Shown here: positions 19,833 to 30,085 of the stretch, piece after piece
Position numbering within the stretch: the stretch's first letter is position 1
Layout: each line of letters begins with the position of its first letter
DNA from: Candidatus Woesebacteria bacterium GW2011_GWA1_39_21
Lineage (GTDB): Bacteria; Patescibacteriota; Microgenomatia; UBA8517
Length of the DNA stretch: 64,000 nucleotides
Assembly: GCA_000993685.1 (NCBI GenBank)
Contig: LBWP01000002.1
Span: 7,993-71,992 of the forward strand
Direction: 5' to 3'
Position numbers and translations under genes: made by a program
The notes under the pieces: generated by a model
Seen by the model: only the letters and a program-made list of their open reading frames with translations
Told to the model about the DNA's origin: nothing
The model's database searches: none

Positions 19833-22298
19833 TTATGGTACGGATGTTGAGGTTGTGTTGACTAAAGGATAGTTTATTTTTGCCGATTCGCTGGCAATCG
19901 GGCAATCAAGACACACTAATGTACCGAGCGGGTCGAGCAAAAATGGATGGTTTTGTGTTTCAATATTTTCCGGTGGTGTGTCTGGGAATGCTAACATTCC
20001 GGTAGTTTTGTCGATTTGCAGATCCCTTTGTCCTGACTCGACATTTGCGCCGATGTTATCTTTAAGAAAATATTCAAATCTAGTTGGACATCCAGGGTTA
20101 CTTTCATCGGCAGGGAGGTTTCCGGTTGTTGCACAAACGTTTCTTCCGACAACGTTATCGGGTTGCCCGGGCCAGGCGTGGCCGTCGTCTTGGTTATAGA
20201 AACCTTTTTCTGCCTTGTCGAGTGTGTATTTGATGATCTTATTCCAAATAGGTGAGGCTCCGGAAACGCCGGAGACAGCACCACTCATCGCGGAGTTGTC
20301 GTTATTGCCGACCCAGACGACAACAACAACCTGTGGAGTGTAACCAATTGTCCAGTTATCCCGTCGGTCGTTGGTTGTCCCGGTTTTTACAGAAACTTCC
20401 GGATGACCGTTTACAACTAAATATGAACTCGGTCCGAACGCAGCAACTCGCGCATTGTTGTCGTATAAAACGTGCGATATGAGAAAGGTTGCGTCTGGAT
20501 CCAATATCCTTTGTCCGTCAACGTCATTGGGATTGTTGTCCTCATAAATTTTTCCCTTCCAATCCGTTACCTTGAGTATCGGGTTAAGGGGAACTTTTAC
20601 GCCGGCATTGGCAAAGACGCCGAAAGAAACCGCCATGTCATACGGTTTCACTTCGCCACCACCGAGTGTTAGTGACAAACCATAATTTTTGGGATCGGTT
20701 AGTGTTGTTATTCCCATATTTGTGGCAAAATAAATAAAATTTTCAAGGCCGTTTAGCGCAAGTACCCGCACTGCGGGAACATTATAGGAATTCCCCAAAG
20801 AAAACCTCGGTTGTACTGCGCCATGGAAAGTTCCGTCATAATTGACAGGGCAATACTCTTTCTGCCCAAAAACGTTGAAACACGTTGGTACGTCCGCCAA
20901 CGGAGTTGAAAGTGTTATTTTTTTGTCTCTAAGAGCAAGCGCGTAATTTAGGGGTTTTATCGACGACCCGGGTTGTCGGTTGGCAAGAATGACATTGAAT
21001 TTTCCATCCTCGTCTTTGGCAAAATAATCTTTGGAGCCAACCATTGCCAATATCTCACCTGACTTGGGTCGTGTGACTAATACAGCGCCGTTTCTAACAT
21101 TTTGTTTTTTAAGTTTTGCCAATTCTGCCGAAACGGTAGCCTCTGCGTATTCCTGAAGATCCAAGTCTAGTGTTGTTATCACACGAAGGCCGCCTTGTTC
21201 GACAACGGCGTCACCGTACTTATCTGCAAGTAGTTCTTTTACCCAAAGGGAAAAATGGGGGGCTTTGAATTTTTCCGGCTCTGCATAGTTGAGTTTCTCT
21301 GAGTTTGCCTCGTCAGCTTGTCCACTTGATATTAACCCATCCTCGACCATCCGCCGCAGTACTAGCTCTTGTCGAGTCTTTGCAATTTCAGGATGGGCGC
21401 CGAAAGGAGAATATTTTGTCGGAGCAGCCGTAATTCCCGCTAGGAGAGCCGCCTCTGATAAAGTTAAATCTTTGGCTTCTTTATTAAAATAAAGTTCGGA
21501 AGCGGCACCGATGCCGTAGGCAGTTGACCCGTACGGTATTTGGTTGAAATACATGCTTAGGATTTGTTTTTTGGAATACATCGCCTCAACAAAAACTGTA
21601 ATAACAATCTCTCTTAATTTTCTCTTTATCGTACGGTCTGGAGTAAGGAGCGCGTTTTTGACCAACTGCTGCGTAAGGGTTGATCCGCCTTGTAGTTTTT
21701 GTTTAAAAACAGTGTTATATGCTGCGCGGGCAATTCCGGTTAGTGAGATGCCGTGGTGTTTATAGAAATCCTTGTCCTCGATAGAAATTGTTGCATCAAC
21801 AACATAAGACGGAAGGCTGTCAACATCAACCGGTGTGCTTCTTTTGTCGGTATAGATTTCATAGATGGGTTTTCCTGTTCGGTCATAAATTTTAGTTGAA
21901 ACGGGAACTTGGGTTTGCAACAGCTTGGTTGGAAGTGGAAGTCCCCAAAAAAGCCATGTAAAAAACACAACCGCTGCGGCAAGTACCAAGAAAAAAAGTG
22001 TGAAACGAAGCCTATTATTTGCAAGTGGCGATTTACCAGCTTTTTGATCTTTCCTTGGGTTTGGGCCTTTTCTTTTATAGAAAATCTTTAACGGAAGTTG
22101 ATATATATACTTAAGAAGATGATAGATGGAAAGAAAAAGGTACTTTCCAACTTTTTGGAAAACTGTCCAAAAAAAAGATGATAGCTTTTTAAGGGTGGAT
22201 GTTTTGGTTTTGGTTAAGTTTTCATCAACGATTTTTGTGTGTTCAACTAAGGCCTTTCTTTTCTTGAGAACTTTTTTGTTTTTCATTTTGATGGACAT
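19833..22298 (-). CDS. class A penicillin-binding protein (second paralog)
   Basis: A TM anchor is present. GT51 motifs (EDKDFYKHHGIS; GGSTLTQQLVKN) are present. Transpeptidase motifs (SSIKPL; KTGT) are present. The C-terminal tail is long. Confidence 0.85.
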   Translation of the reverse strand: MSIKMKNKKVLKKRKALVEHTKIVDENLTKTKTSTLKKLSSFFWTVFQKVGKYLFLSIYHLLKYIYQLPLKIFYKRKGPNPRKDQKAGKSPLANNRLRFTLFFLVLAAAVVFFTWLFWGLPLPTKLLQTQVPVSTKIYDRTGKPIYEIYTDKRSTPVDVDSLPSYVVDATISIEDKDFYKHHGISLTGIARAAYNTVFKQKLQGGSTLTQQLVKNALLTPDRTIKRKLREIVITVFVEAMYSKKQILSMYFNQIPYGSTAYGIGAASELYFNKEAKDLTLSEAALLAGITAAPTKYSPFGAHPEIAKTRQELVLRRMVEDGLISSGQADEANSEKLNYAEPEKFKAPHFSLWVKELLADKYGDAVVEQGGLRVITTLDLDLQEYAEATVSAELAKLKKQNVRNGAVLVTRPKSGEILAMVGSKDYFAKDEDGKFNVILANRQPGSSIKPLNYALALRDKKITLSTPLADVPTCFNVFGQKEYCPVNYDGTFHGAVQPRFSLGNSYNVPAVRVLALNGLENFIYFATNMGITTLTDPKNYGLSLTLGGGEVKPYDMAVSFGVFANAGVKVPLNPILKVTDWKGKIYEDNNPNDVDGQRILDPDATFLISHVLYDNNARVAAFGPSSYLVVNGHPEVSVKTGTTNDRRDNWTIGYTPQVVVVVWVGNNDNSAMSGAVSGVSGASPIWNKIIKYTLDKAEKGFYNQDDGHAWPGQPDNVVGRNVCATTGNLPADESNPGCPTRFEYFLKDNIGANVESGQRDLQIDKTTGMLAFPDTPPENIETQNHPFLLDPLGTLVCLDCPIASESAKINYPLVNTTSTSVP

Positions 22299-22437
22299 GG
22301 CTTGCTAATTATATTATAAATGGTTGTTTTTCGTGTGTTTATGAATTGATATCCCAAGAAACTTAGAATTACCTAAAGTTTTAAATGGTGGTAAGGCCTT
22401 ACGATACTTCGGGTGGTTTATCTGTTATTATTAAATC

Positions 22438-22968
22438 ATGATTGATGATTTAGAAAAAAGGCCATGGTGGGGGTACATTCACGAGGATATCAAAGAACTT
22501 TTGATTCAGTCGCTTTTGCTTGTCGAAACTGCGGATAAATGGGAGGCTAAATTTACGGAAACTTTTGGGCGGGGCACTTTGAAGAAAGAGGGTTTCCATG
22601 ACTACGCCTTTATCGTTTTTCCCGCAGCTAAAGCATATGAAGGTTTTTTGAAAAAACTATTTTTAGATATGGGTTTTATCAGCCCAGAAGATTATTATGG
22701 AAAACATTTTAGGGTAGGCAAGGCACTGAACCCGTCTTTAGAAAAAGAACTACGCGAAAGAGAGGGTGTTTATGACAAAATTGTCCAATACTGCGGTGGA
22801 GAGGATCTTGCCGGAAAAATGTGGTTTTGTTGGAAGGAGTGCCGTAATCTTCTATTCCACTGGTTTCCCAATGAAAAAAACGCGATATCTCTTGTCGAGG
22901 CAAAAGAGAAAGTTAATTTGATTGTCGAGACAATCGACAGTGCGTTTGGAAGGTGTAATATTAAGTAA
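22438..22968 (+). CDS. hypothetical protein with HEPN-like Rx4H motif
   Basis: The predicted protein is soluble and 176 aa. It carries a C-terminal RNLLFHW (Rx4H) motif. I recognise no other family. Confidence 0.35.
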   Translation: MIDDLEKRPWWGYIHEDIKELLIQSLLLVETADKWEAKFTETFGRGTLKKEGFHDYAFIVFPAAKAYEGFLKKLFLDMGFISPEDYYGKHFRVGKALNPSLEKELREREGVYDKIVQYCGGEDLAGKMWFCWKECRNLLFHWFPNEKNAISLVEAKEKVNLIVETIDSAFGRCNIK

Positions 22969-22985
22969 TTGAGCTTCAAACACAT

Positions 22986-23642
22986 ATGAAAAAAAAGCCT
23001 GACGGGAGAAGAATTTCTTTGAAAGTACCTCTTTTATATTTTCTTTATTTGTTTATCGGTTGGTCGATTTATCGGATAGGTTTCAAATTTTCTGACTCCT
23101 TAGAGGAGCTTTATATCAAACCGATTATTTGGCTTTTGCCGTTTTTATATTTAATTCCTAAAGAAAAACTAAAGATTGCAGATTTGGGAATCACTGTAAA
23201 AAATTTTTTTCCGTCGATTTATTTATCCTTGGCTTTGGGAGTCGGTTTTGCTTTTCTTGGGATAATTGCAAATATGGCGAAATATGGAGGGATTGATTTT
23301 GGCGCGAATATCGGTTCGGGTTTCTTTGCTACAGCGCTTTTTATTTCCTTTGCTACATCGGTTACAGAGGAGTTTGTTTTTAGGGGATATCTTTTAGGGC
23401 GGCTTATGAGGAAATTTGATGAATGGATGTCTGTTGCGCTTGCAACCGTTTTATGGACAGCAATTCATGTCCCAATAATATTTTTTGTTTGGGGGATAAG
23501 CGGGATGCAAATTGCCGTGTATCTGGGTTTAACTTTTATTTACGGACTTGGAGCTTCGGTTGTGTTTGTCAGGACCAAAAATCTGGTTGCGCCGACTCTT
23601 CTGCATGTCCTTTGGGAATGGCCGGTTATTTTATTTAGATAG
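22986..23642 (+). CDS. CPBP-family intramembrane metalloprotease (CAAX protease/bacteriocin-immunity type)
   Basis: The EExxxR motif (TEEFVFRGYLLGRL) is present. FxxxH (LWTAIHV) and HxxxW (LLHVLWEW) lie within polytopic TM segments. Confidence 0.75.
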   Translation: MKKKPDGRRISLKVPLLYFLYLFIGWSIYRIGFKFSDSLEELYIKPIIWLLPFLYLIPKEKLKIADLGITVKNFFPSIYLSLALGVGFAFLGIIANMAKYGGIDFGANIGSGFFATALFISFATSVTEEFVFRGYLLGRLMRKFDEWMSVALATVLWTAIHVPIIFFVWGISGMQIAVYLGLTFIYGLGASVVFVRTKNLVAPTLLHVLWEWPVILFR

Positions 23643-23695
23643 AAAACTTACGGGTAATTAGTTTAGAGACACACCAAGTCCTTTTCGGATTTGAA

Positions 23696-23952
23696 TATAA
23701 TCCCCCCTGGAAAACCCTGCGAGCTTTTTCCGTAGCCTTGAAGTTGTTAAGGAAATTCTCACAAGTAGTAACCCCGACAGCATTGCTATTGAAGCAGGTT
23801 TGAGTAAGAAACAATGGGAATGTATATCTTACTATTTGGATGACCCGAATTTTTATAGTATTTCCGAACAATTGGGAACAGGAAGAGCTAATATTTATCA
23901 GTATTTAGGACTCGGATTTGCGAAACTGGAAAAGAGGAGAAGGGGAAAATGA
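23696..23952 (+). pseudogene. remnant of sigma-70 region-4/LuxR-type HTH gene (no ATG start, upstream stops)
   Basis: The open frame encodes ...LSKKQWECISYYLDDPNFYSISEQLGTGRANIYQYLGLGFAKLEKRRRGK*. This matches sigma region 4 / ECF C-terminal HTH. No region 2 is present and no ATG is available. The only candidate start is TTG at 23800. Confidence 0.3.
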
Positions 23953-23992
23953 TTTGATTTCAGGTATAAATTCGAGTATATTTAATCTCACT

Positions 23993-24616
23993 ATGCTCCG
24001 GAAGATCTTAGTTTCCTCGGCCGTCTTTCTATTTGCTTTGGCAATTCTTTTTATTTCGGTGTTAAGAACTGCCGCAGTCAGATATGAAACAAATGGGGTG
24101 AAGTCTGAAAGGGTCCTGTCTGATAGCGTTAGTATTGATTATAATCTTGCATACCCGGGTAAAATTCTTCCAGATAGCTTTTTGTGGCCACTAAAGGCAG
24201 TTAGAGACAAAATCTGGCTTTTGACAACAACTGATAAATTGAAGAAAAATGAAATTGAAATTTTGTTTGCAGACAAGCGCTTGGGGGGAGCGGTCACTCT
24301 TTTTGAAAATGGAAAAAATGAGATTGCGATTTCAACATTGACGAAAGCGGAAAAATATTTGGAGGAGGCTTCTTTGACAGAGGAAAGGTTGAGATTAAGT
24401 GGCGTTGCACAGTCCGATGAGGTTTGTCTTAGGCTTGCGAACGCTTCACTGAAACACTACGAAGTTTTGAAAAGGTTGGAAGACAAGGTTCCTGATGATG
24501 TGCGACCGATAATTATATCTTCAGAACAAATACCTATAAAAGCTTACGAAAGGGCAAGGAATGCTCTACTTTCGAAGGGTATCACTCCACCGAACAACCC
24601 GTTTAAATGGGACTAA
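23993..24616 (+). CDS. hypothetical signal-anchored protein
   Basis: The track ORF starts at 23918. The likely start is MLRKILVSSAVFLF, followed by a TM helix. The rest is an alpha-rich soluble domain. Confidence 0.4.
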   Translation: MLRKILVSSAVFLFALAILFISVLRTAAVRYETNGVKSERVLSDSVSIDYNLAYPGKILPDSFLWPLKAVRDKIWLLTTTDKLKKNEIEILFADKRLGGAVTLFENGKNEIAISTLTKAEKYLEEASLTEERLRLSGVAQSDEVCLRLANASLKHYEVLKRLEDKVPDDVRPIIISSEQIPIKAYERARNALLSKGITPPNNPFKWD

Positions 24617-24707
24617 GTTGAATTATTGAGGAAATCTCCGTGGATATAGAAGGTATCCGAAGAATAAACTTATAATAATTCTTAACTGATTTTCGGCAAT
24701 TAAAAAA

Positions 24708-24746
24708 CCGCGCAGCTTCATTTCGTGCGCGGGGTGGTTTATTTTG
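24708..24746 (+). terminator. rho-independent terminator
   Basis: Hairpin ccgcgca-gcttcatttcg-tgcgcgg is followed by ggtggtttatttt. It lies downstream of the 23993-24616 gene. Confidence 0.6.
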
Positions 24747-24836
24747 ATGTAGTTTCTTATAGTTGACTTGATGCAGGTAGCGTAAGAATATCTTTTCAGC
24801 ACTAGCGGTAGTATACTTTCTTTTCATTCATGAAAT

Positions 24837-25277
24837 ATGCGATGTCCTTTTTGTAGAGCGGCGAATACACAAGTTTTGGAGTCGAGAACGGTTGACGATG
24901 GCAGGTCATTACGAAGAAGACGGGAATGCTTAAAATGTAAAAAGCGTTTTACGACCTACGAAAAAGTTGGGGGATCTGCACTTTGGGTTGTCAAAAAGGA
25001 TGGTAGACGCGAGCCCTTTGATAGAGAAAAAGTAAAAAGAGGAGTTTTGCGGGCGGTTGAAAAAAGACCGGTTTCGATGGACTTTGTTAACGATTTGGTG
25101 GACCGGGTCGAGCGAGAAATGATGCGCAAGGAAAAAGAGGAGGTCTCAAGTAAGGCAATCGGTAAATCAGTGCTTAAGCGACTGAAAAGAATAGATAAAG
25201 TAGCGTGGTTGCGATTTGCAAGCGTCTATTTGCAATTTGAGGATTTGGAAGATTTCGCCAAAGCAATTAAGGAATAA
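24837..25277 (+). CDS. nrdR: transcriptional repressor NrdR
   Basis: An N-terminal zinc ribbon is present (MRCPFCRAANTQVLESR...CLKCKKRFTTYE). An ATP-cone domain follows. Confidence 0.9.
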   Translation: MRCPFCRAANTQVLESRTVDDGRSLRRRRECLKCKKRFTTYEKVGGSALWVVKKDGRREPFDREKVKRGVLRAVEKRPVSMDFVNDLVDRVEREMMRKEKEEVSSKAIGKSVLKRLKRIDKVAWLRFASVYLQFEDLEDFAKAIKE

Positions 25278-25324
25278 ATTTACAGCAACAAAGTTAAGAT
25301 GTGGTTTCGTAAATTACAATACTT

Positions 25325-27733
25325 ATGAAGGCAACAGAGTTTGATTACACTACCAAAACGCAATTGTCAGGAATAAGACAGAAACTATTTCTTGATCGTT
25401 ATTCGTTAAAAAACGAGAATGGTGAGCCGATCGAAAAATACCCTGAACATATGTGGAAGCGAGTGGCAGAGGCTTTGGCGGCAGTTGAAAAAACTTCAAA
25501 ATTGCGAAAAGTATGGGCGGATAAGTTTTATACATCAATGTTGGAATTCAAACTTTGTCCGGCGGGAAGATTTTTGACTTCAGCTGGGACAGGTACTGAT
25601 ACGACGATGATCAACTGTTATGTTCTTCCAAATCCTGAAGACACAAGAACGGGAATTATCAAAACTTTAGAATATGTTACGGAAATTTCTGCAAGAGGTG
25701 GTGGGGTTGGCTTTAATCTTTCGTCGCTGCGTCCCAGGGGTTCCTATCTAAAATCTGTTAATGGGACATCGTCGGGTGCGGTCTCTTGGGCAAATCTCTA
25801 TTCTGTGGCGGCACACGACATTATTCAACAGGGTGGAACAAGGCGGGGAGCTTTGATGTTGATGCTTTGGGATTGGCACCCCGATGTTGAGGAATTTATT
25901 ACCGTTAAAAGGGAGCAGGGGAAAATTCTTGGCGCCAATTTAAGCGTTTGTGTTTCCGACGAATTTATGAAGGCGTTAAAGGAAGATAAAGATTGGGATC
26001 TAAAGTTTCCAGATACAGATTTTGAAAAGTATCGCAGTGACTGGCATGGTGACATTAAGGGTTGGGAAAAGAAAGGTTATCCGGTCAAAGTTTATAAAAC
26101 GATCAGGGCTGTTGAGCTTTGGAATTTAATCTGTGATTCCGCTTGGGCGTCGGCAGAGCCGGGTATTGTCTTTTTGGATTTAGGAAATAGGATGAATAAC
26201 ACTTGGTATTTTGAAGAAAACATTTCAACAAATCCCTGCGGTGAACAACACTTGCCCGCGTGGGGCGTTTGCAATTTAAGCTCAATCAATTTATCGACTT
26301 TGGTTAAAGACGGGACGTTTGATTTCGACGAGTTTGGAAAAGTTATAAGAGTCGGCGTCAGATTTTTAGATAATGCTGTTGATACGGAGAACTATTTATA
26401 TTCGGAAATTAAAGAAGTACAGGAGAAAGAAAGAAGAATTGGTTTGGGAACTATCGGGCTAGCAGACGCACTGATTAAAATGAAGATTCGTTACGGTTCG
26501 CAAGAGTCTCACGCCTTTATTGAAAAGACCTTTAAGATGCTTCGTGATGTCGCATACGAGGAATCGATTTCTTTGGCAAAAGAGAAGGGCTCCTTCCCAC
26601 AGTTTATCGCAAATAAGTTTTTGTACAGCGGTTTTATAAAAACTTTGCCGAAAAGCATCAAGGACGGGATCAAAAAGTGGGGGATAAGAAACGCTTTAGT
26701 TTTAACCGAGGCGCCGACAGGTAAAATTTCTCTTTTGGCGGGTGCGTCGTCAGGCATTGAACCTGTCTTTTCGTTTTCTTACACCCAAAAAGATCGTTTG
26801 GGCGAAAGAACAATGTATCATCCTTTGTATCAAGAATGGGTCGATAAACATCCGGATGAGAAAATTCCTGATTATTTTGTTACAGCAGACGATCTGTCGC
26901 CTGAAGAACATATTAACGTTCAAGCCTTAATTCAAAAATACACGGATTCGTCGATTAGTAAAACGGTGAACGCCCCAAAGACACACTCGGTTTCTGATGT
27001 TAAAAAACTCTACCTTTTAGCCTATGAGAAAGGGTGTAAAGGTATTTCCTATATGCGCGAGGGTTCGCGTGAGGGGACGCTTGTTCGAGGTAGTAGCGAG
27101 GCGAAAAAAGAAACTGAAGAAGCAAAGAAAACTGAAGAGCAAAAAGCCAGTGTTTGGGTTAGACCAATTAAAATATCTGGATCCACCTATAGGTTAAAGA
27201 CCCCTGTGGGAACAGCTTTTATTACTGTAAATCATGACGAAACAGACTCTCCTGTTGAGACTTTCATTAACATCGGACGCGCCGGAAGCGATGTCCAAGC
27301 AATGGCGGAGGCGCTGGGTCGCGTGATTTCAAAGTCGTTGAAAATGGGAAGTAATTTGACAGGTAAAGAGAGGGCGATTTTAATGATCGAACAACTTCAG
27401 GGAATTGGTGGTTCAAGAAGTGTTGGTTTTGGTGCCGAACGAATTCTTTCACTCCCCGATGCAATCGCCAAAGCACTTTCTTTAGATATGGGACTTTTGC
27501 CACAGAAGCAAATGGAGATTCCTGTTCAGGAAAAATTGTTAAGCAATGGCCACACTAATGGTGTAGTTCACACGAACGGAGAGGTTGCCATATCTGAAAG
27601 CGTTGAAGATTCTGGAGACCAACTGTCGTTTTTGGCGAAGCATGCCGACTTTTGCCCGTCGTGTGGAAATGCCACGCTCGTTCACGAGATGGGTTGTAAA
27701 ACTTGCCATGGGTGTGGCTATTCTGAATGTTGA
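25325..27733 (+). CDS. nrdJ: class II (adenosylcobalamin-dependent) ribonucleotide reductase, no ATP-cone
   Basis: The active-site motif is NPCGEQHLPAWGVCNLSSINL. A C-terminal CxxC...CxxC zinc ribbon is present (CPSCGN...CKTCHGCGYSEC). Confidence 0.85.
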   Translation: MKATEFDYTTKTQLSGIRQKLFLDRYSLKNENGEPIEKYPEHMWKRVAEALAAVEKTSKLRKVWADKFYTSMLEFKLCPAGRFLTSAGTGTDTTMINCYVLPNPEDTRTGIIKTLEYVTEISARGGGVGFNLSSLRPRGSYLKSVNGTSSGAVSWANLYSVAAHDIIQQGGTRRGALMLMLWDWHPDVEEFITVKREQGKILGANLSVCVSDEFMKALKEDKDWDLKFPDTDFEKYRSDWHGDIKGWEKKGYPVKVYKTIRAVELWNLICDSAWASAEPGIVFLDLGNRMNNTWYFEENISTNPCGEQHLPAWGVCNLSSINLSTLVKDGTFDFDEFGKVIRVGVRFLDNAVDTENYLYSEIKEVQEKERRIGLGTIGLADALIKMKIRYGSQESHAFIEKTFKMLRDVAYEESISLAKEKGSFPQFIANKFLYSGFIKTLPKSIKDGIKKWGIRNALVLTEAPTGKISLLAGASSGIEPVFSFSYTQKDRLGERTMYHPLYQEWVDKHPDEKIPDYFVTADDLSPEEHINVQALIQKYTDSSISKTVNAPKTHSVSDVKKLYLLAYEKGCKGISYMREGSREGTLVRGSSEAKKETEEAKKTEEQKASVWVRPIKISGSTYRLKTPVGTAFITVNHDETDSPVETFINIGRAGSDVQAMAEALGRVISKSLKMGSNLTGKERAILMIEQLQGIGGSRSVGFGAERILSLPDAIAKALSLDMGLLPQKQMEIPVQEKLLSNGHTNGVVHTNGEVAISESVEDSGDQLSFLAKHADFCPSCGNATLVHEMGCKTCHGCGYSEC

Positions 27734-27742
27734 TATTTAAAA

Positions 27743-30064
27743 ATGAAAATTAGAAACGGCAAGGAACCAAAGACTAATATTTTTTCTCCAAAGTTAACCA
27801 ACAAACAAATTGCCTTAAAACCGGTAAAGTTTGAACTATATCGAAACAGAATCGGTAATTTGGATCTGTTGGTTACCAACGTTATCAAATCTTCGGGTAA
27901 GAAGGAACCTTTCAATCTGGAAAAAATCGAAAGAAGTATTTATTTTGCAGGAAGAGATACCGATGCTTATGGGAAAAAAGAAGCGCGAGAAATTTTGAAA
28001 AAGGTTTACATTGTACTTTCTCAAGTAAAGAGAAAGGTTATCACAACGGAAGGTGTTCGTCGGATAGTTGAGCCGATAATTGCCCAAGCGGGATACTTTG
28101 AAACAGCAAAATACTACATTCTCTTTAAAGAGCGCAAAGAGCAGTCGAAAAAAAGTGATTTCAAAATTTGGGAGCCAAAAATGACGGAAAATGCAAAAAC
28201 GGCCCTTGTTTCCCGTTGTGCGAAATTGGACGATGGTGGAAAGCCTTGTGAGACACCGGGACAAATTTTTTGGAGGGTGGCGAAACACATTGCAAAAGCC
28301 GAAATCAATTGGGGAGATGAAAGGGATGTGGATAAGGTTGCGCAAACTTTTTTCAAAAAGATGGTGGATTTTAAATTTATCTGCACGACGAGTGCAATGT
28401 ATGAAGCGGGTAACGAAGCTTGTATGCAGCAGTTGTCTCCCTGTTTTGTTTTAAAGATCGAAGACTCAATACCCAAGATTTTTCAGACACTCGGTGAGGC
28501 GGCGCTTATTCAAAAGAATTTTGGCGGAACGGGTTTTAATTTCAGTCAGATCAGATTTAGAGGCGACAAAGTGAGAAACGTTCCCAAAGCTGCCTCGGGA
28601 CCAGTTGATTTTTTACAAGTATATAGCGCTGCCTTGTCAAAAATTATGCAGGGATCCAAAAAGCACGGCGGAAATATGGGGATACTAAATATTGATCATC
28701 CGGACGTTGAAGAATTTATCAAGGTTAAAGACGAAGACGGTAATATGAAGAATTTTAATATTTCCGTTGGTGCAACGAATGAGTTTATGGATGCAGTTAT
28801 TGCGGACAAGAAATTTTCCCTAAAAAACCCGCGCGACGACAGTGTTGTTAAAAGTATTTCGGCCAAAAAACTGTTTCATGAAATTTGTGAGCATGCTTGG
28901 AAAACGGGAGATCCGGGAATGATATTTTTAGATCGGATGGAGGAGGATAATTATACCCCGACACTTGGTGTTCTAAACGCGACCAATCCTTGTGGTGAGC
29001 AACCGCTTCTTCCCTACGAATCGTGCAATCTCTCTTCGCTTCACCTGGCGAACCATCTCGTTAAAAAGAATGGTAAGTGGGAGGTTGATTGGGATGATTT
29101 GGGCGAGACGGTAAAGACACTCGTTCTCTTTTTGGACAATATGATTGAAACGAACAAGTATGTTTTACCGGAAACGGAGAAAATGGTCAAATACGGAAAT
29201 AGAAAAATTGGACTTGGCGTAATTGGTTTTGGTGAAACTCTTTTTAAACTCGGTATTGCCTATAATGGCCCTGAAGGTGTGAGAATTGCCGATAAAGTGG
29301 CAAAATTTATTAAAGCAAAGGCTGAAGAAGCTTCGCTCGAATTGGCCAGGGTCCGTGGAGTTTTCCCCAATTGGGATATTTCAACTTATAAAGGTACGGC
29401 AGAAAAATATAGAAATTGTACAATGATGACGATTGCCCCAACAGGAACGGTTTCGATGATTGGTGACACTACGTCAGGTATTGAGCCGTCTTTTGCTTTG
29501 GTTTATGTACGCCATTCGTTTTACAACGAAGATAAAAATAATAATTCCACAAGGCAGCTTTACTATGTTGATAAAAATTTTGAAAAGGTCTTGTTAGACA
29601 GGGGTGTATATTCGAAAGGGCTGATCCAAAAAGTAGCAGAGAATCATGGGTCGGTGCATGATTTGAAGGAAATTCCGAGTGAAATTCGTAAGGTATTTGT
29701 GACGACTCACGACATTCACCCGCAATGGCATGTTAAGATTCAAGCAGCTTTTCAAAAATATACCGACAATGCGGTTTCAAAGACAATTAATTTTTCCAAC
29801 GACGCCACAATTTCCGACATTGAAGATGCGTACATGTTAGCCTGGAAATTGGGATGTAAGGGAATAACAATTTATCGTGACGGGAGCAAGGAGGATCAGG
29901 TCTTGAATGCCGGGAGTGTAAAAGTTGCCGGTGAGAAGGTAAAAACAGCGGAATCAGAAGCTGAATTTGCGGAAAAAGAGTGTCCGGAATGTAGTGGGGT
30001 CTTGGAGTTTGAGGGTGGATGCGTAAGTTGCAAAGAATGTGGTTGGAGCGAATGTAAACTTTGA
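27743..30064 (+). CDS. nrdJ: class II ribonucleotide reductase with N-terminal ATP-cone (paralog 2)
   Basis: The ATP-cone sequence is LLVTNVIKSSGKKEPFNLEKIERSIYFAG. The active-site motif is NPCGEQPLLPYESCNLSSLHL. A C-terminal zinc ribbon is present (CPECSG...CVSCKECGWSEC). Confidence 0.85.
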   Translation: MKIRNGKEPKTNIFSPKLTNKQIALKPVKFELYRNRIGNLDLLVTNVIKSSGKKEPFNLEKIERSIYFAGRDTDAYGKKEAREILKKVYIVLSQVKRKVITTEGVRRIVEPIIAQAGYFETAKYYILFKERKEQSKKSDFKIWEPKMTENAKTALVSRCAKLDDGGKPCETPGQIFWRVAKHIAKAEINWGDERDVDKVAQTFFKKMVDFKFICTTSAMYEAGNEACMQQLSPCFVLKIEDSIPKIFQTLGEAALIQKNFGGTGFNFSQIRFRGDKVRNVPKAASGPVDFLQVYSAALSKIMQGSKKHGGNMGILNIDHPDVEEFIKVKDEDGNMKNFNISVGATNEFMDAVIADKKFSLKNPRDDSVVKSISAKKLFHEICEHAWKTGDPGMIFLDRMEEDNYTPTLGVLNATNPCGEQPLLPYESCNLSSLHLANHLVKKNGKWEVDWDDLGETVKTLVLFLDNMIETNKYVLPETEKMVKYGNRKIGLGVIGFGETLFKLGIAYNGPEGVRIADKVAKFIKAKAEEASLELARVRGVFPNWDISTYKGTAEKYRNCTMMTIAPTGTVSMIGDTTSGIEPSFALVYVRHSFYNEDKNNNSTRQLYYVDKNFEKVLLDRGVYSKGLIQKVAENHGSVHDLKEIPSEIRKVFVTTHDIHPQWHVKIQAAFQKYTDNAVSKTINFSNDATISDIEDAYMLAWKLGCKGITIYRDGSKEDQVLNAGSVKVAGEKVKTAESEAEFAEKECPECSGVLEFEGGCVSCKECGWSECKL

Positions 30065-30085
30065 CCGAATAAAACCAATCCTGTT

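Noticed and set aside
24617-25324. NrdR boxes upstream of nrdR and nrdJ-1
   Set aside because: I could not find a convincing 16-bp palindrome of the acaCwAtATaTwGtgt type by eye. A proper PWM scan is needed.
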